A stretch of 64,000 bases of DNA from a virus, in the IMG/VR virus record IMGVR_UViG_3300025132_008118, one strand, 5' to 3'. The notes beneath the pieces are model-generated. The model was given only the letters and a program-made list of their open reading frames with translations. It did not search any database and was not told the origin of the DNA. Positions within the stretch are counted from its first letter, which is position 1, and each line of letters opens with the position of its first letter. The position numbers and the translations under genes were made by a program. Below, piece by piece: positions 26,870-36,593 of this stretch.

Positions 26870-28671
26870 AATACGTAAGCTTTAAAGAGTTAAAAATTAA
26901 AAACTTCCTGTCTATAGGTGAGGAATTCGTAACTGTAAATTTTGAAAAAGGTTTGCATATTGTAACTGGTATCAATAGAGATAAAGAAGATAGGAGAAAC
27001 GGTGTCGGTAAAAGTACTATAGCTGATGGTTTATATTTTGCTATATTTGGTCAAACTTTAAGAGATATTAAAAAGAACTTTATAGCTAATAACTTAACTT
27101 CTGGTACTTGTGAAGTACAATTATCATTTACAGTAGACGACCCAAAGCATGGTGTAAACGAATTTGATATTATACGTACTTTGAATCCGAGTAAAGTTTA
27201 TATCTATAAAAATGGTAATGATAAAACTAGAGATAGTATTGCTAATACAAATGAGTATATAAATACGGTATTATCTTCTACACCAGAAATATTTCAAAAT
27301 TGTGTTATAATGACTCTTAATAATCACGTACCTTTCATGGGTAAGAGTAAGACAGAAAAACGTAAGTTTATTGAGCAAATATTTAATCTTGAAATATTTA
27401 GTAAAATGTTAGCAGAACTTCGTAATGAGCATAATGAAATTAAACGTAACTTTGACATTGAAATTACTCGATTAGAAGAAACTAATAATCATTTAAATAC
27501 TCAGCAGCAGCAAGTTGATAACTTTGAAGAAAATAAAAATCAAAGAATTAATAGAATTGAAGATCAGATAAGTGTAAAAAATACTGACCTTAAAAACTAT
27601 AAGGAGGAAAAAAATACAGTTGAATCATTAGATGAAACCCCTTATATCGATAAATCGGAAAAATTAAATGAAGAAATAGAAGATTTAAATAGTATTAAAA
27701 ATGTAAAGTATGAAAAAATTGTACAATTAAAAACTAATTTAACTACTAATAAAAATACATTAGCAAAAATTGGTACTGATGAAGCTACATGTCCGATGTG
27801 TTTAAGACCTTTAGAAGATCATGATAAAGATTTAATTGATGAAGAAAAAGGAAAAATTAATAATATATTAGATAAAATTTTACATGATATAAAAGATAAT
27901 AAAGAAGATTATGAAACCACAGTTAAAGAAATTAATAGTTATTCTGTGGCTAAAACAAAAATAGATAATAAACTTTTAAGTATAAAAAATCAAAAAGATA
28001 ATATTTCTTATCTTGAACGTAATATAACTGAAATAGAAAATATTATTACCCAATATCAAACTGATATAGATAATATTAAAAATGAAACTAATTCATTTGA
28101 TGAATTAATTAGTGACACAACAAATAAGATTAATGATATAAAACAAGAAATAGATTCTCTTAAAAAGGTTATAAATCTTATGGACGTGGTTAAGTTCGTT
28201 GTAAGTGAAGAAGGAGTAAAAAGTTTTATTGTAAAGAAAATATTATCTCATTTTAATGGTAAATTAACTCATTTCTTAAAAAAATTGGATAGTAATTGTG
28301 TATGCGTTTTTAATGAATATTTTGAAGAAGAAATCGTAAATGAAAAGGGTAAGATATGCCTTTATAATAACTTTTCAGGAGCTGAAAGAAAAGCTATTGA
28401 CTTGGCCTGCTTATTCTCTTTTATGGACATGAGAAAGTCACAAGGTGATGTTTATTATAATATTAGTTTTTATGATGAATTATTTGATAGTAGTTTAGAT
28501 GAAAAGGGAGTAGATTTAGTTCTAGAGATATTAAATGAGAGAGTTCAAAAATATAATGAGTGTGTTATGGTTATAAGTCATCGAAAGGAAAGTATTAAAT
28601 CTGCTAACGGAGACGTAATATTTTTAGAAAAACATAATGGCATCACTAGAAGAGTAAATTTTATTGATTAA
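26866..28671 (+). CDS. 46: Recombination endonuclease subunit gp46 (Rad50/SbcC-like)
   Basis: KNFLSIG, NGVGKST, CPMC zinc hook, FSGAE, DELFD. Confidence 0.95.
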   Translation: MKYVSFKELKIKNFLSIGEEFVTVNFEKGLHIVTGINRDKEDRRNGVGKSTIADGLYFAIFGQTLRDIKKNFIANNLTSGTCEVQLSFTVDDPKHGVNEFDIIRTLNPSKVYIYKNGNDKTRDSIANTNEYINTVLSSTPEIFQNCVIMTLNNHVPFMGKSKTEKRKFIEQIFNLEIFSKMLAELRNEHNEIKRNFDIEITRLEETNNHLNTQQQQVDNFEENKNQRINRIEDQISVKNTDLKNYKEEKNTVESLDETPYIDKSEKLNEEIEDLNSIKNVKYEKIVQLKTNLTTNKNTLAKIGTDEATCPMCLRPLEDHDKDLIDEEKGKINNILDKILHDIKDNKEDYETTVKEINSYSVAKTKIDNKLLSIKNQKDNISYLERNITEIENIITQYQTDIDNIKNETNSFDELISDTTNKINDIKQEIDSLKKVINLMDVVKFVVSEEGVKSFIVKKILSHFNGKLTHFLKKLDSNCVCVFNEYFEEEIVNEKGKICLYNNFSGAERKAIDLACLFSFMDMRKSQGDVYYNISFYDELFDSSLDEKGVDLVLEILNERVQKYNECVMVISHRKESIKSANGDVIFLEKHNGITRRVNFID

Positions 28672-28679
28672 TTAATATT

Positions 28680-29903
28680 ATGCTAATACAAGGTAATCAA
28701 CCATTCCAAGCAAATGTCCCGTTTGCAGCAAAACCGTTTCAAAATAATATCATTAATCCGAAACCTCAAGTAGATGTAGTTAAAGCTCCGCATCAACCGG
28801 GAAATGATTTACCAAGATTTTTAAATTATTATGCAGATTATTCCGGGTGTGGTCACTGGAGAATGATATGGCCAGAACAAGTAATGAATGCTCATAATAA
28901 AGCTGTTGTACATGGTACGACAGTAATGAATGTTGATGAAAGATATTATATACAAACCAAGGGTATAAGAATACAAAGACAAGCAACACCGCAACAATTA
29001 GAATTTGTAAAATGGTTAAGACAGTTAGCTAATAAAAACAATATTAAATTAATATATGAAATTGACGATATATGTTTTCATGAAGATATACCTGATTATA
29101 ATAAATATAAAACTGCATTTACCGATCCAAATATTAGAAAATCAGCTCAAGAAATGATGACATTGTGTGACGAAATTACAGTTACGTGCCCGTTTATGAG
29201 AGATTATTATCGTGATAAAACAGGTAATAAAAATGTTACTGTTGTGCCTAATTTTATGCCAAAGTTTTGGTTGGATAGGTTTTATAATAACAATAGGACG
29301 ATGGAAAGTTATGATATAAATAAGAAGAAGCCAAGGATTTTATACGCAGGGTCTGGAGCTCATTTTGATATCGAAAATCGAGTTAAATTTAAAGATGATT
29401 TTTACCATGTTAATGAAGTTATTAGAAAGACAATTGATAAATATCAATGGGTATTTTTAGGAGCTCACCCATTACCGATAAGAGATTTAGTTCAATCCGG
29501 TAAGGTAGAATTTCACCCATGGAAAAGATTATATGAATATGGTCAAGGTTTGTATGATTTAAACGTTAATATGATTGTAGCTCCTTTACAAGATAATACA
29601 TTCAATAAAGCTAAATCTGATTTAAAATATATTGAAGCATGTGCATTAGGTTTACCGATTGCTTGTCAAGATCTTTGTACTTATGAAAATGCACCAATTA
29701 AATTTAAAACTGGTGATGAAATGATTGCTCAAATAGAGCACACTTTACAAGATAGGAAACGTTATAAAGCTCTTTGCAGAAAAGGTCGTCAATATGCCGA
29801 TACAAGATGGTTAGAGGATGATAAAAATATTGATTGTTATACTGAATTATATCAATACCATGTAGGTGATCCTAAGAGAGTAAACTTAAGTAGGTATAAT
29901 TAG
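28680..29903 (+). CDS. GT-B fold glycosyltransferase
   Basis: SGCGHWRMIWP, YEIDD, APLQDNTFNKAKSDLKYIEA. Confidence 0.8.
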   Translation: MLIQGNQPFQANVPFAAKPFQNNIINPKPQVDVVKAPHQPGNDLPRFLNYYADYSGCGHWRMIWPEQVMNAHNKAVVHGTTVMNVDERYYIQTKGIRIQRQATPQQLEFVKWLRQLANKNNIKLIYEIDDICFHEDIPDYNKYKTAFTDPNIRKSAQEMMTLCDEITVTCPFMRDYYRDKTGNKNVTVVPNFMPKFWLDRFYNNNRTMESYDINKKKPRILYAGSGAHFDIENRVKFKDDFYHVNEVIRKTIDKYQWVFLGAHPLPIRDLVQSGKVEFHPWKRLYEYGQGLYDLNVNMIVAPLQDNTFNKAKSDLKYIEACALGLPIACQDLCTYENAPIKFKTGDEMIAQIEHTLQDRKRYKALCRKGRQYADTRWLEDDKNIDCYTELYQYHVGDPKRVNLSRYN

Positions 29904-29924
29904 GAACTGTGATATAATTATTGG

Positions 29925-32480
29925 GTGAGTTATCGTAATATATACTATGATCCCCGTGAAAGATGTATCAATTTATTTACCTGGGATACCGACGGTAAAA
30001 GAATTAAAGTAACAACGTCATATGACCCTTATCTGTATGTCGAGGGTAAAGGTGAATATGAATCTATATTTGGTACTAAACTGGTTAAAAAGAGTTTTAG
30101 AACCCAGTACGATAGATTTAAGTATATTAAAGATACTGGAATTAAAAGGGTATTTGAAAACCAACCAGCCGTGCAGCAATACTTAATTGATACGTTTTGG
30201 AAGGTTAATGAAACGTCTGACTTTAGTAAGAACCCAATTAAAGTAATGTTCTTAGATATCGAGACTTATTCACCAGATGAGTTTCCGAATCCTCAGGACC
30301 CGACTCATACCTGTAATGTTATTACTTGTTTTGATTCTCTAAATCGTCATTACCATACGTTTGGTTTAGGTGAATTTAATAATAAAGATACTGATGTAAC
30401 TTATGTTAAATGCTCTTCTGAAAGGGAGTTATTTATGAAGTTTATTGAGTATGTTGAAAAGGATTATCCTGATATTATGTCAGGTTGGAATAGTGAATTT
30501 TTTGATTTACCTTATATCTTAAATAGGTGTACCCGTATACTTGGTGAAGAATGGACTAATAGAATATCACCTTCTGGTAAGGTTTATAGTAGAACGATAC
30601 GTGGTCAGTTTGGTCAGGAACAACAGCGTTGGTATGTTGAAGGCATTTCATTGATTGACTATTTAGATGTATATAAACGTTTCTCAGTTGGTGTTAAAGA
30701 AAGTTATAAACTTGATGCAATTGGCGAGGCTGAGTTGGGTGAGAAGAAAGTAGATTTTGGTAATATGAATCTTGCAACTCTTGCCGATACTGATTGGCAA
30801 ACGTTTGTTGAATATAATATTCAAGACGTTAGACTGCTAACCAACTTAGAAGATAAACTGAAATATACGGAACTAATTAAAATGTTAGCTTATGTAGGTT
30901 TAACTACCTTTGAAGCTGCTATGGGATCCCTATCAGTAATTAATGGTGCAACTGCGGTCATATCAAGAAAGCGTGGTCAATGCGTACCATCGTTTATTAG
31001 GAATGAAGATACAGGTAAAAATCCTGGTGCATATGTTGGTGAACCTTTAAAAGGTTTTCAAGAAAATATTATATCGTTTGATGCTAACTCTCTATATCCG
31101 AACGTGATGATATCTTTAAATATGTCTCCAGAAACTAAAGTAGGTAAGATTGAAGATAAAAATAATAATGAAATAGTTATAAGGCATGCAAACGGTCAAG
31201 TCTTTACTTTAACTCATGAAAAGTTTTTAAAGTTCTGTAAAAAGGAAGAGATAGCTATTAGTAAAGCTAACGTATTATTTACTCAAAGGTTTAAAGGGGT
31301 AATGCCTGAAATTTTAGACTACTATTATGATAAGAGAGTTGCAGTTAAAACTAAACTCGGTAAACTAAAAAGAGAGTATAGTAAAAATAAGAATAAAGAA
31401 CTTAAATTTGAGATAGAACAATTAGATGCTAAGCAGTTATGTATCAAAGTTTTGATTAATTCTATTTACGGTTACTTTGGTAACAAGCATGCGCCTTTCG
31501 GTGATGATGATATTGCAGCTTCAATTACCTTAACTGGTCAAGCAGTTATTAAACAATCAAATGAATTACTAAAAAGATATATAAAGGAAAAAGCTAATAT
31601 ACAAGATGAAAAAACTCTTAATGATTGTATCATCTATAACGATACTGATAGTAGTTATATTTCAGTAAAACCTCTCGTTAAAGCAGGTTTAACTTTTACC
31701 GATGAAAATGGTAAGTTAACTCAAGCATTCCATGATGAAGTGCAAAATATTGAAGATTTCTTAAATGATGAAATTAAAGTATGGGGTGGTAAAAACTTAA
31801 ATTCTAAAGACTGTAGATTTATCTTTAAACGTGAGGTTATAGCTGATACCGGTATATTCTTACAGAAAAAACGTTACGTTATGCATATATTAGATGACGA
31901 AGGTATACCGATGGATAAGTATAAGTATACTGGGGTAGAAGTTGTAAGAAGTACAATGCCAGATGCAATTAAACCTCATGTAAAAGGTATAATTGAGACG
32001 ATGCTATCAACACAAAATATAGCTAAAACTAATGAAGTACTTGATAAAACGTATAAAATATTTAAAGATCTACCGGTAGAAGATATTACGTTTGTATCTG
32101 GATTGAAAGGTTATGAAAAATATGCAGGTCAATGTGATGGTTGGAAGACTGCAAAAGGTATGCCTATTCATGTTAAAGCTGCTTACTACCATAATATGTT
32201 ACTAGAAAAGTTTGATATTGAAAAGAAATATGAAACTATTAGTTCAGGAGATAAAGTTAGATACTTTTACTTACAACAACCAAACCCGTATAATTTACCA
32301 AGCTTGGCATACAAGTATTATTATCCGGAAGAATTTAAAAAGATATTTCATGTTGATTACGATAAAATGTTTGAAAAAAATCTTTATGCGGTTATTGAAA
32401 GATTTTATGATAATGTTAAATGGGCTATTCAAAAACCTGGTAATGCAGTTCAGACAAACTTATTTGATCTTTTAAGTTGA
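29925..32480 (+). CDS. 43: Family B DNA polymerase gp43
   Basis: DIETY, FDLPY, FDANSLYP, KVLINSIYG, YNDTDS, KKRY. Confidence 0.97.
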   Translation: MSYRNIYYDPRERCINLFTWDTDGKRIKVTTSYDPYLYVEGKGEYESIFGTKLVKKSFRTQYDRFKYIKDTGIKRVFENQPAVQQYLIDTFWKVNETSDFSKNPIKVMFLDIETYSPDEFPNPQDPTHTCNVITCFDSLNRHYHTFGLGEFNNKDTDVTYVKCSSERELFMKFIEYVEKDYPDIMSGWNSEFFDLPYILNRCTRILGEEWTNRISPSGKVYSRTIRGQFGQEQQRWYVEGISLIDYLDVYKRFSVGVKESYKLDAIGEAELGEKKVDFGNMNLATLADTDWQTFVEYNIQDVRLLTNLEDKLKYTELIKMLAYVGLTTFEAAMGSLSVINGATAVISRKRGQCVPSFIRNEDTGKNPGAYVGEPLKGFQENIISFDANSLYPNVMISLNMSPETKVGKIEDKNNNEIVIRHANGQVFTLTHEKFLKFCKKEEIAISKANVLFTQRFKGVMPEILDYYYDKRVAVKTKLGKLKREYSKNKNKELKFEIEQLDAKQLCIKVLINSIYGYFGNKHAPFGDDDIAASITLTGQAVIKQSNELLKRYIKEKANIQDEKTLNDCIIYNDTDSSYISVKPLVKAGLTFTDENGKLTQAFHDEVQNIEDFLNDEIKVWGGKNLNSKDCRFIFKREVIADTGIFLQKKRYVMHILDDEGIPMDKYKYTGVEVVRSTMPDAIKPHVKGIIETMLSTQNIAKTNEVLDKTYKIFKDLPVEDITFVSGLKGYEKYAGQCDGWKTAKGMPIHVKAAYYHNMLLEKFDIEKKYETISSGDKVRYFYLQQPNPYNLPSLAYKYYYPEEFKKIFHVDYDKMFEKNLYAVIERFYDNVKWAIQKPGNAVQTNLFDLLS

Positions 32481-32504
32481 ATTATATAAAACAGTTATTA
32501 AAAT
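32477..32504 (+). promoter_or_regulatory. Sigma70-type promoter TTGAAT-N16-TAAAAT
   Basis: -10 element 6 nt before ATG 32511. Confidence 0.55.
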
Positions 32505-32510
32505 ATATGT

Positions 32511-32879
32511 ATGTCAGATAAGAATTATACCACATTTATTGATAACGCAGGTCGTGCAATTTTTGCCGAGCTTGATAGTGAAACGGATGATAAGCTTGTT
32601 GCTAAAAATCCTGTCATGATTACAGTTCAACAAGGGGAGAATGGTCAAATGGCTGTTCAGTTATTTCCTCTATTCTTTCAAGAATTTGTTCAACCGGGTG
32701 AGAACGATTCACGTGCTAATTACTTTACTTATGCAAAAAATAATATTGCATTGGGTAATAATTTTGCTATTGAAAATCGAATTATTGAGCAATATGAAAA
32801 AATTGTAAACCCGGTCCTAGTACCAGCTGATCAATCAGCAGCTGGTGAGCCAGAAGTTATTAAGTTATTCGACGAATAA
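32511..32879 (+). CDS. Hypothetical protein, possibly Sm-like fold
   Basis: Beta-rich pattern (AIFAEL...LVAKNPV) seen in small T4-like proteins; no firm call. Confidence 0.6.
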   Translation: MSDKNYTTFIDNAGRAIFAELDSETDDKLVAKNPVMITVQQGENGQMAVQLFPLFFQEFVQPGENDSRANYFTYAKNNIALGNNFAIENRIIEQYEKIVNPVLVPADQSAAGEPEVIKLFDE

Positions 32880-32906
32880 AAAAATAAAATAAATAAAGAA
32901 AGAAAC

Positions 32907-32940
32907 AGCCTCTCATAACTAAAAAATATGAGAGGCTTTC
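32907..32940 (+). terminator. Hairpin, probable intrinsic terminator
   Basis: Perfect 11-bp stem AGCCTCTCATA/TATGAGAGGCT with a 9-nt loop; short T tail downstream and A-run upstream. Confidence 0.55.
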
Positions 32941-33170
32941 CATGTATGTCTCCTCAAGAAATATTTGATTATAAATTAGGGTGGAAATCTTATTCATTTT
33001 CTGTCCCGTTTCATTCAGATTGGGAAATGGAATATAGAGATTACTGTAAAGAAAATTTTAATAAATGGCAGTGGGATATGTATAAATGGTCAAACGTTTA
33101 CGAGCATACGATGTTATTTGAAAAAATAAAAGATGCTGATAAGTTTAAAGAATTTATTGATAAACGATAA
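32928..33170 (+). CDS. Hypothetical aromatic-rich protein (start possibly at 32946)
   Basis: Open frame; the first ATG lies inside the hairpin stem. Confidence 0.65.
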   Translation: MRGFPCMSPQEIFDYKLGWKSYSFSVPFHSDWEMEYRDYCKENFNKWQWDMYKWSNVYEHTMLFEKIKDADKFKEFIDKR

Positions 33171-33184
33171 ACATATACTATAAT
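33157..33184 (+). promoter_or_regulatory. Sigma70-type promoter TTGATA-N16-TATAAT
   Basis: 8 nt before the uvsX ATG. Confidence 0.65.
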
Positions 33185-33192
33185 AGTAGTAT

Positions 33193-34293
33193 ATGAGTAA
33201 AGAAATTGATGATATTTTATCTGTAATTGATAAGTCTAATCCATATGCATCTTTCTTAAATGAAAGTGCTATTAGTAATGTAGATGGTTGGTTAGATACT
33301 GGATCGATGGTACTAAATGGTATTGTATCTGGTTCGTTGTTTGGTGGTATACCGAAAAATAGAATGACCTTATTGGCTGGTCCAAGTATGACTGGTAAGA
33401 GTTTTATTTTACAAAAGATTCTAGCTAATGCTCAAAAAGAAGGTTTGATACCAGTTATATTTGATAGTGAAAATGCTATTGATAGAGACGGTGCTGCTGC
33501 TTTAGGATTAGATGTTAGCAAAGTAAAATATGTACCTGTATTTAGTATTGAAGAATGCCGTAATACAATTTATGATTTTTTAACAAAAGTTAAAGAAAAC
33601 GGTCAAGAAGGTAAATTTATTATTGCAATTGATTCATTAGGTAATATGGAAAGCCAATTACAGATCAATCGTCAGGAAAAAGGTAATGTAAGTGCTGATA
33701 TGGGTAGTAGAGCTAAAGCTATGAAATCTTTATTACGTACTTTAACTCAATTATCTGGTTTAACTAAAACTACTATTTTAGCTACTAATCATATCTATGA
33801 GGACCCGGCTGCATTATTTCCTTCGTTAGTTAAAGCAATGCCAGGTGGTACTGCTACTGTTTACTTACCTTCAGTTACTATTCAATTAGCTCGTAAGCCA
33901 GTTAAAGAAGATAAGAATACAGATGGTAAGTTAGCTGTAGGTCAGAAGAATTATTCAGGGGTTATTCTAAGAGCATTGACAGTTAAGAATAGATTCGTTA
34001 AGCAATATTTACAAGGTGAAATGTATCTATCTTTTGATAAAGGTCTAAACAAATATTATGGTTTATTGGATCTTGCAGTAGGGTTAGGAGCAGTGATACA
34101 AACTGGTTCTACTTATACATTACCTGATGGTAAGAAACTTGGCTATTATAGTAAATGGAAAGACGATACAGAATTATGGGATAATACTATTATACCTGTT
34201 GTAGAAGAAAAAATTAAACAAGAATGGAAGTACAGTAATAAATCAGAAGAAGATGAAATTATACCAGACGAAGTAAACGATGAAGAAGAATAA
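33193..34293 (+). CDS. uvsX: RecA-like recombinase UvsX
   Basis: DTGS, AGPSMTGKS, FDSE, IDSLG, TNHIY, KNRF. Confidence 0.95.
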   Translation: MSKEIDDILSVIDKSNPYASFLNESAISNVDGWLDTGSMVLNGIVSGSLFGGIPKNRMTLLAGPSMTGKSFILQKILANAQKEGLIPVIFDSENAIDRDGAAALGLDVSKVKYVPVFSIEECRNTIYDFLTKVKENGQEGKFIIAIDSLGNMESQLQINRQEKGNVSADMGSRAKAMKSLLRTLTQLSGLTKTTILATNHIYEDPAALFPSLVKAMPGGTATVYLPSVTIQLARKPVKEDKNTDGKLAVGQKNYSGVILRALTVKNRFVKQYLQGEMYLSFDKGLNKYYGLLDLAVGLGAVIQTGSTYTLPDGKKLGYYSKWKDDTELWDNTIIPVVEEKIKQEWKYSNKSEEDEIIPDEVNDEEE

Positions 34294-35026
34294 AATAGTT
34301 ATAACCTTATCAGGGGGAATGGATTCATCTGTTCTACTTTATAAAGCAGCTGAGCAATATAATGAAGTACATACTGTAACATTTAATTATGGTCAACGTC
34401 ATGATAAAGAATTAGAAGCAGCAGAAAAACAATTAGTTAACGCTATGCATGATTTTCCTAATGTTACATTTACTAATAAATTATTAGACGTTACTTATAT
34501 AAAGGATATAGCTGATACATCTTCTCTAACTAATAATAAAATTGATACACCTGATGTAAAAGATGTAATGGGTGAAGCTCAACCTAAATCATATGTACCA
34601 TTCCGTAATTTAATGTTTTTAAGCATATTACTATCATATGCAGAAAAAATGGAAGCTGATGAAGTATGGTACGGTGCAGCAGAAGCTGATAGTCTTGCTG
34701 GTTATTGGGATGGATCTATACAATTTGTCGATAAAATAAATCAAATTTGCTTATTAAACCGTGAAAAGGATATAAGAGTTAGAGCTCCTTTACTTGAAAT
34801 GAGTAAAAAGGAAATTATTTTAAATGGTGTTGAGCTTGGTGTAAATTTTGCTGATACTTACACATGTTATTCTGGTGAATATCCATGTGATGCAAATAGC
34901 GCAAGTAGTGCACTTAGATTAAAAGGGTTTGTAGACGCAGGATTGCAAGATCCATTACGTTATAAACAGCAAGATAAGTTAGATTTAGTTTATACAGATA
35001 ATAATTGTAAAGCTATAATATATTAA
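34280..35026 (+). CDS. queC: QueC-family (7-cyano-7-deazaguanine synthase-like) PP-loop ATPase
   Basis: LSGGMDS, FNYGQRH, YVPFRN, APLL; C-terminal Cys motif degenerate. Confidence 0.88.
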   Translation: MKKNKIVITLSGGMDSSVLLYKAAEQYNEVHTVTFNYGQRHDKELEAAEKQLVNAMHDFPNVTFTNKLLDVTYIKDIADTSSLTNNKIDTPDVKDVMGEAQPKSYVPFRNLMFLSILLSYAEKMEADEVWYGAAEADSLAGYWDGSIQFVDKINQICLLNREKDIRVRAPLLEMSKKEIILNGVELGVNFADTYTCYSGEYPCDANSASSALRLKGFVDAGLQDPLRYKQQDKLDLVYTDNNCKAIIY

Positions 35027-36546
35027 TAACCGTGTCTATGCATTCTCTCTCGTGAATGAGCATTTTGCATTTTTTGTCTGTACTGATTAAGTAGATAGTT
35101 ATTAATATCTTGTTGGGACATTGCAACTTGCTCTTCTTCTTCATCTTTAGGTAAAGCCTTTTTCATTAAATGACCACCCGCAGCCGCTGCAGCTCCACCC
35201 GCAGCCGCTAATCCTAACACTGGTAATATATTATCTTCAGCAGGTTCATCTTCTTCTTCTGATTTCTTTTTTGCATGATTGTATTCAAAAGTATCGCCAT
35301 CGCCGACATCGTCGTAATGATCTGCAACTGCTCTTGCATGAGCTTGACCTGCTCTTTCCTTCTCTTTCTTCATTATTTTATCAGCTCTTGCTTCTCCATA
35401 TTCATAAGTTTCTTCATCGCCGCTCATTGGGCAATTTTCAGCTTCTTCTCTTCTACCTTCTTCTTTATTCATTGCAGCTTTAATGGCCTTATCTCTAGAT
35501 CCCATATATTCATCTGTTGATGATTCTAGCTCACCATCACCATCGTGATCCTTTTTAGCCGTTTCTTCACCTTCTATTCTTCTTCCATAACGATCAAACT
35601 TACCTTCTTCACCTTCAGGGAAATCAGCAACTAATTTTTCTCTATCACCCATTTCTATTTCACCACCAAATTTATCAACTTTTTCTGTTTCACTTGGCTT
35701 TACAATTACAACTGATACTACATCATCTTGTTTTATATCATCTAAGTTAAGTTTAGTACCTTTAAATTTGTTTAGGGTAACTCTATATTTTAAACCATCA
35801 CTAATAGTAGTATATAAATCGTTATCTCCCACTCCACCTTCTGATTTGAACACTTTATCTCCTCCTAAATTTAATTGAAGAGTTTCAAAACCTGTATCAC
35901 CCTTCTTAAGACCTTCTTTTGCAGCTCCTCTTTCTCTTGTTGTAATTTTTACATCTGATCTACCTGCCAAAGGTTTTGAAACTTGTGAAACTACATTTAT
36001 TGCATTTTGAATATCATCATTTGATAAATTTTCTAAGTCTAATTCGGGATTTTCTTTTTGTAAAAATCTAATTACTTTAGTTGCAAAATATCTAGGTGTC
36101 ATTGTACCTTTTAAATCACGGATATCTTCCATTCCCATTAGTTTGGCTCTAATAGGGTCTGTTATTTTCTTACCCCTTGCTTCTTCTATTAAATCATAAT
36201 CTATGCCTTCCAGATAACCTTCAGTTGAAATTTTTACTTGTGCAAATGCTTTTCGAATATCGTCGTCAGATGCATTTGAAATATCTAATTGAGGATTTTT
36301 ATCAATAATCTGCTGAGCATAAATTTTTGGCGATACTCTGCCCATTTGAGATGCAATATCCAAACTACCTAATCTTGCTGCTAATTGTGCCACCGGGTGC
36401 TTTATTGTTTTCCATTTTGCAGCAAGCATGCTTTTATCAAAAGGGTTAGTGGTTAATTCTTCGATATAATCGTAGTCAATACCATCCATATAGCTTGATG
36501 TGTTTTCGTTAATAATTTTTTTATTGCTCCAGTTATGTAAACTCAT
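35023..36546 (-). CDS. Large acidic late protein with an internal duplication, putative internal head polyprotein
   Basis: TAAATA at 36552..36557; repeated GIDYD.IEE units; KKDHDGDGELES...DEYMGSRDKAIK motif. Confidence 0.65.
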   Translation of the reverse strand: MSLHNWSNKKIINENTSSYMDGIDYDYIEELTTNPFDKSMLAAKWKTIKHPVAQLAARLGSLDIASQMGRVSPKIYAQQIIDKNPQLDISNASDDDIRKAFAQVKISTEGYLEGIDYDLIEEARGKKITDPIRAKLMGMEDIRDLKGTMTPRYFATKVIRFLQKENPELDLENLSNDDIQNAINVVSQVSKPLAGRSDVKITTRERGAAKEGLKKGDTGFETLQLNLGGDKVFKSEGGVGDNDLYTTISDGLKYRVTLNKFKGTKLNLDDIKQDDVVSVVIVKPSETEKVDKFGGEIEMGDREKLVADFPEGEEGKFDRYGRRIEGEETAKKDHDGDGELESSTDEYMGSRDKAIKAAMNKEEGRREEAENCPMSGDEETYEYGEARADKIMKKEKERAGQAHARAVADHYDDVGDGDTFEYNHAKKKSEEEDEPAEDNILPVLGLAAAGGAAAAAGGHLMKKALPKDEEEEQVAMSQQDINNYLLNQYRQKMQNAHSRERMHRHGY

Positions 36547-36557
36547 ATTATTATTTA

Positions 36558-36585
36558 TTGATTTTTTTTAATTTTATACTATAAT
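36558..36585 (+). promoter_or_regulatory. Sigma70-type promoter TTGATT-N16-TATAAT abutting a divergent late promoter
   Basis: 8 nt before ATG 36594; tattta at 36552..36557. Confidence 0.65.
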
Positions 36586-36593
36586 ATAGTTAT

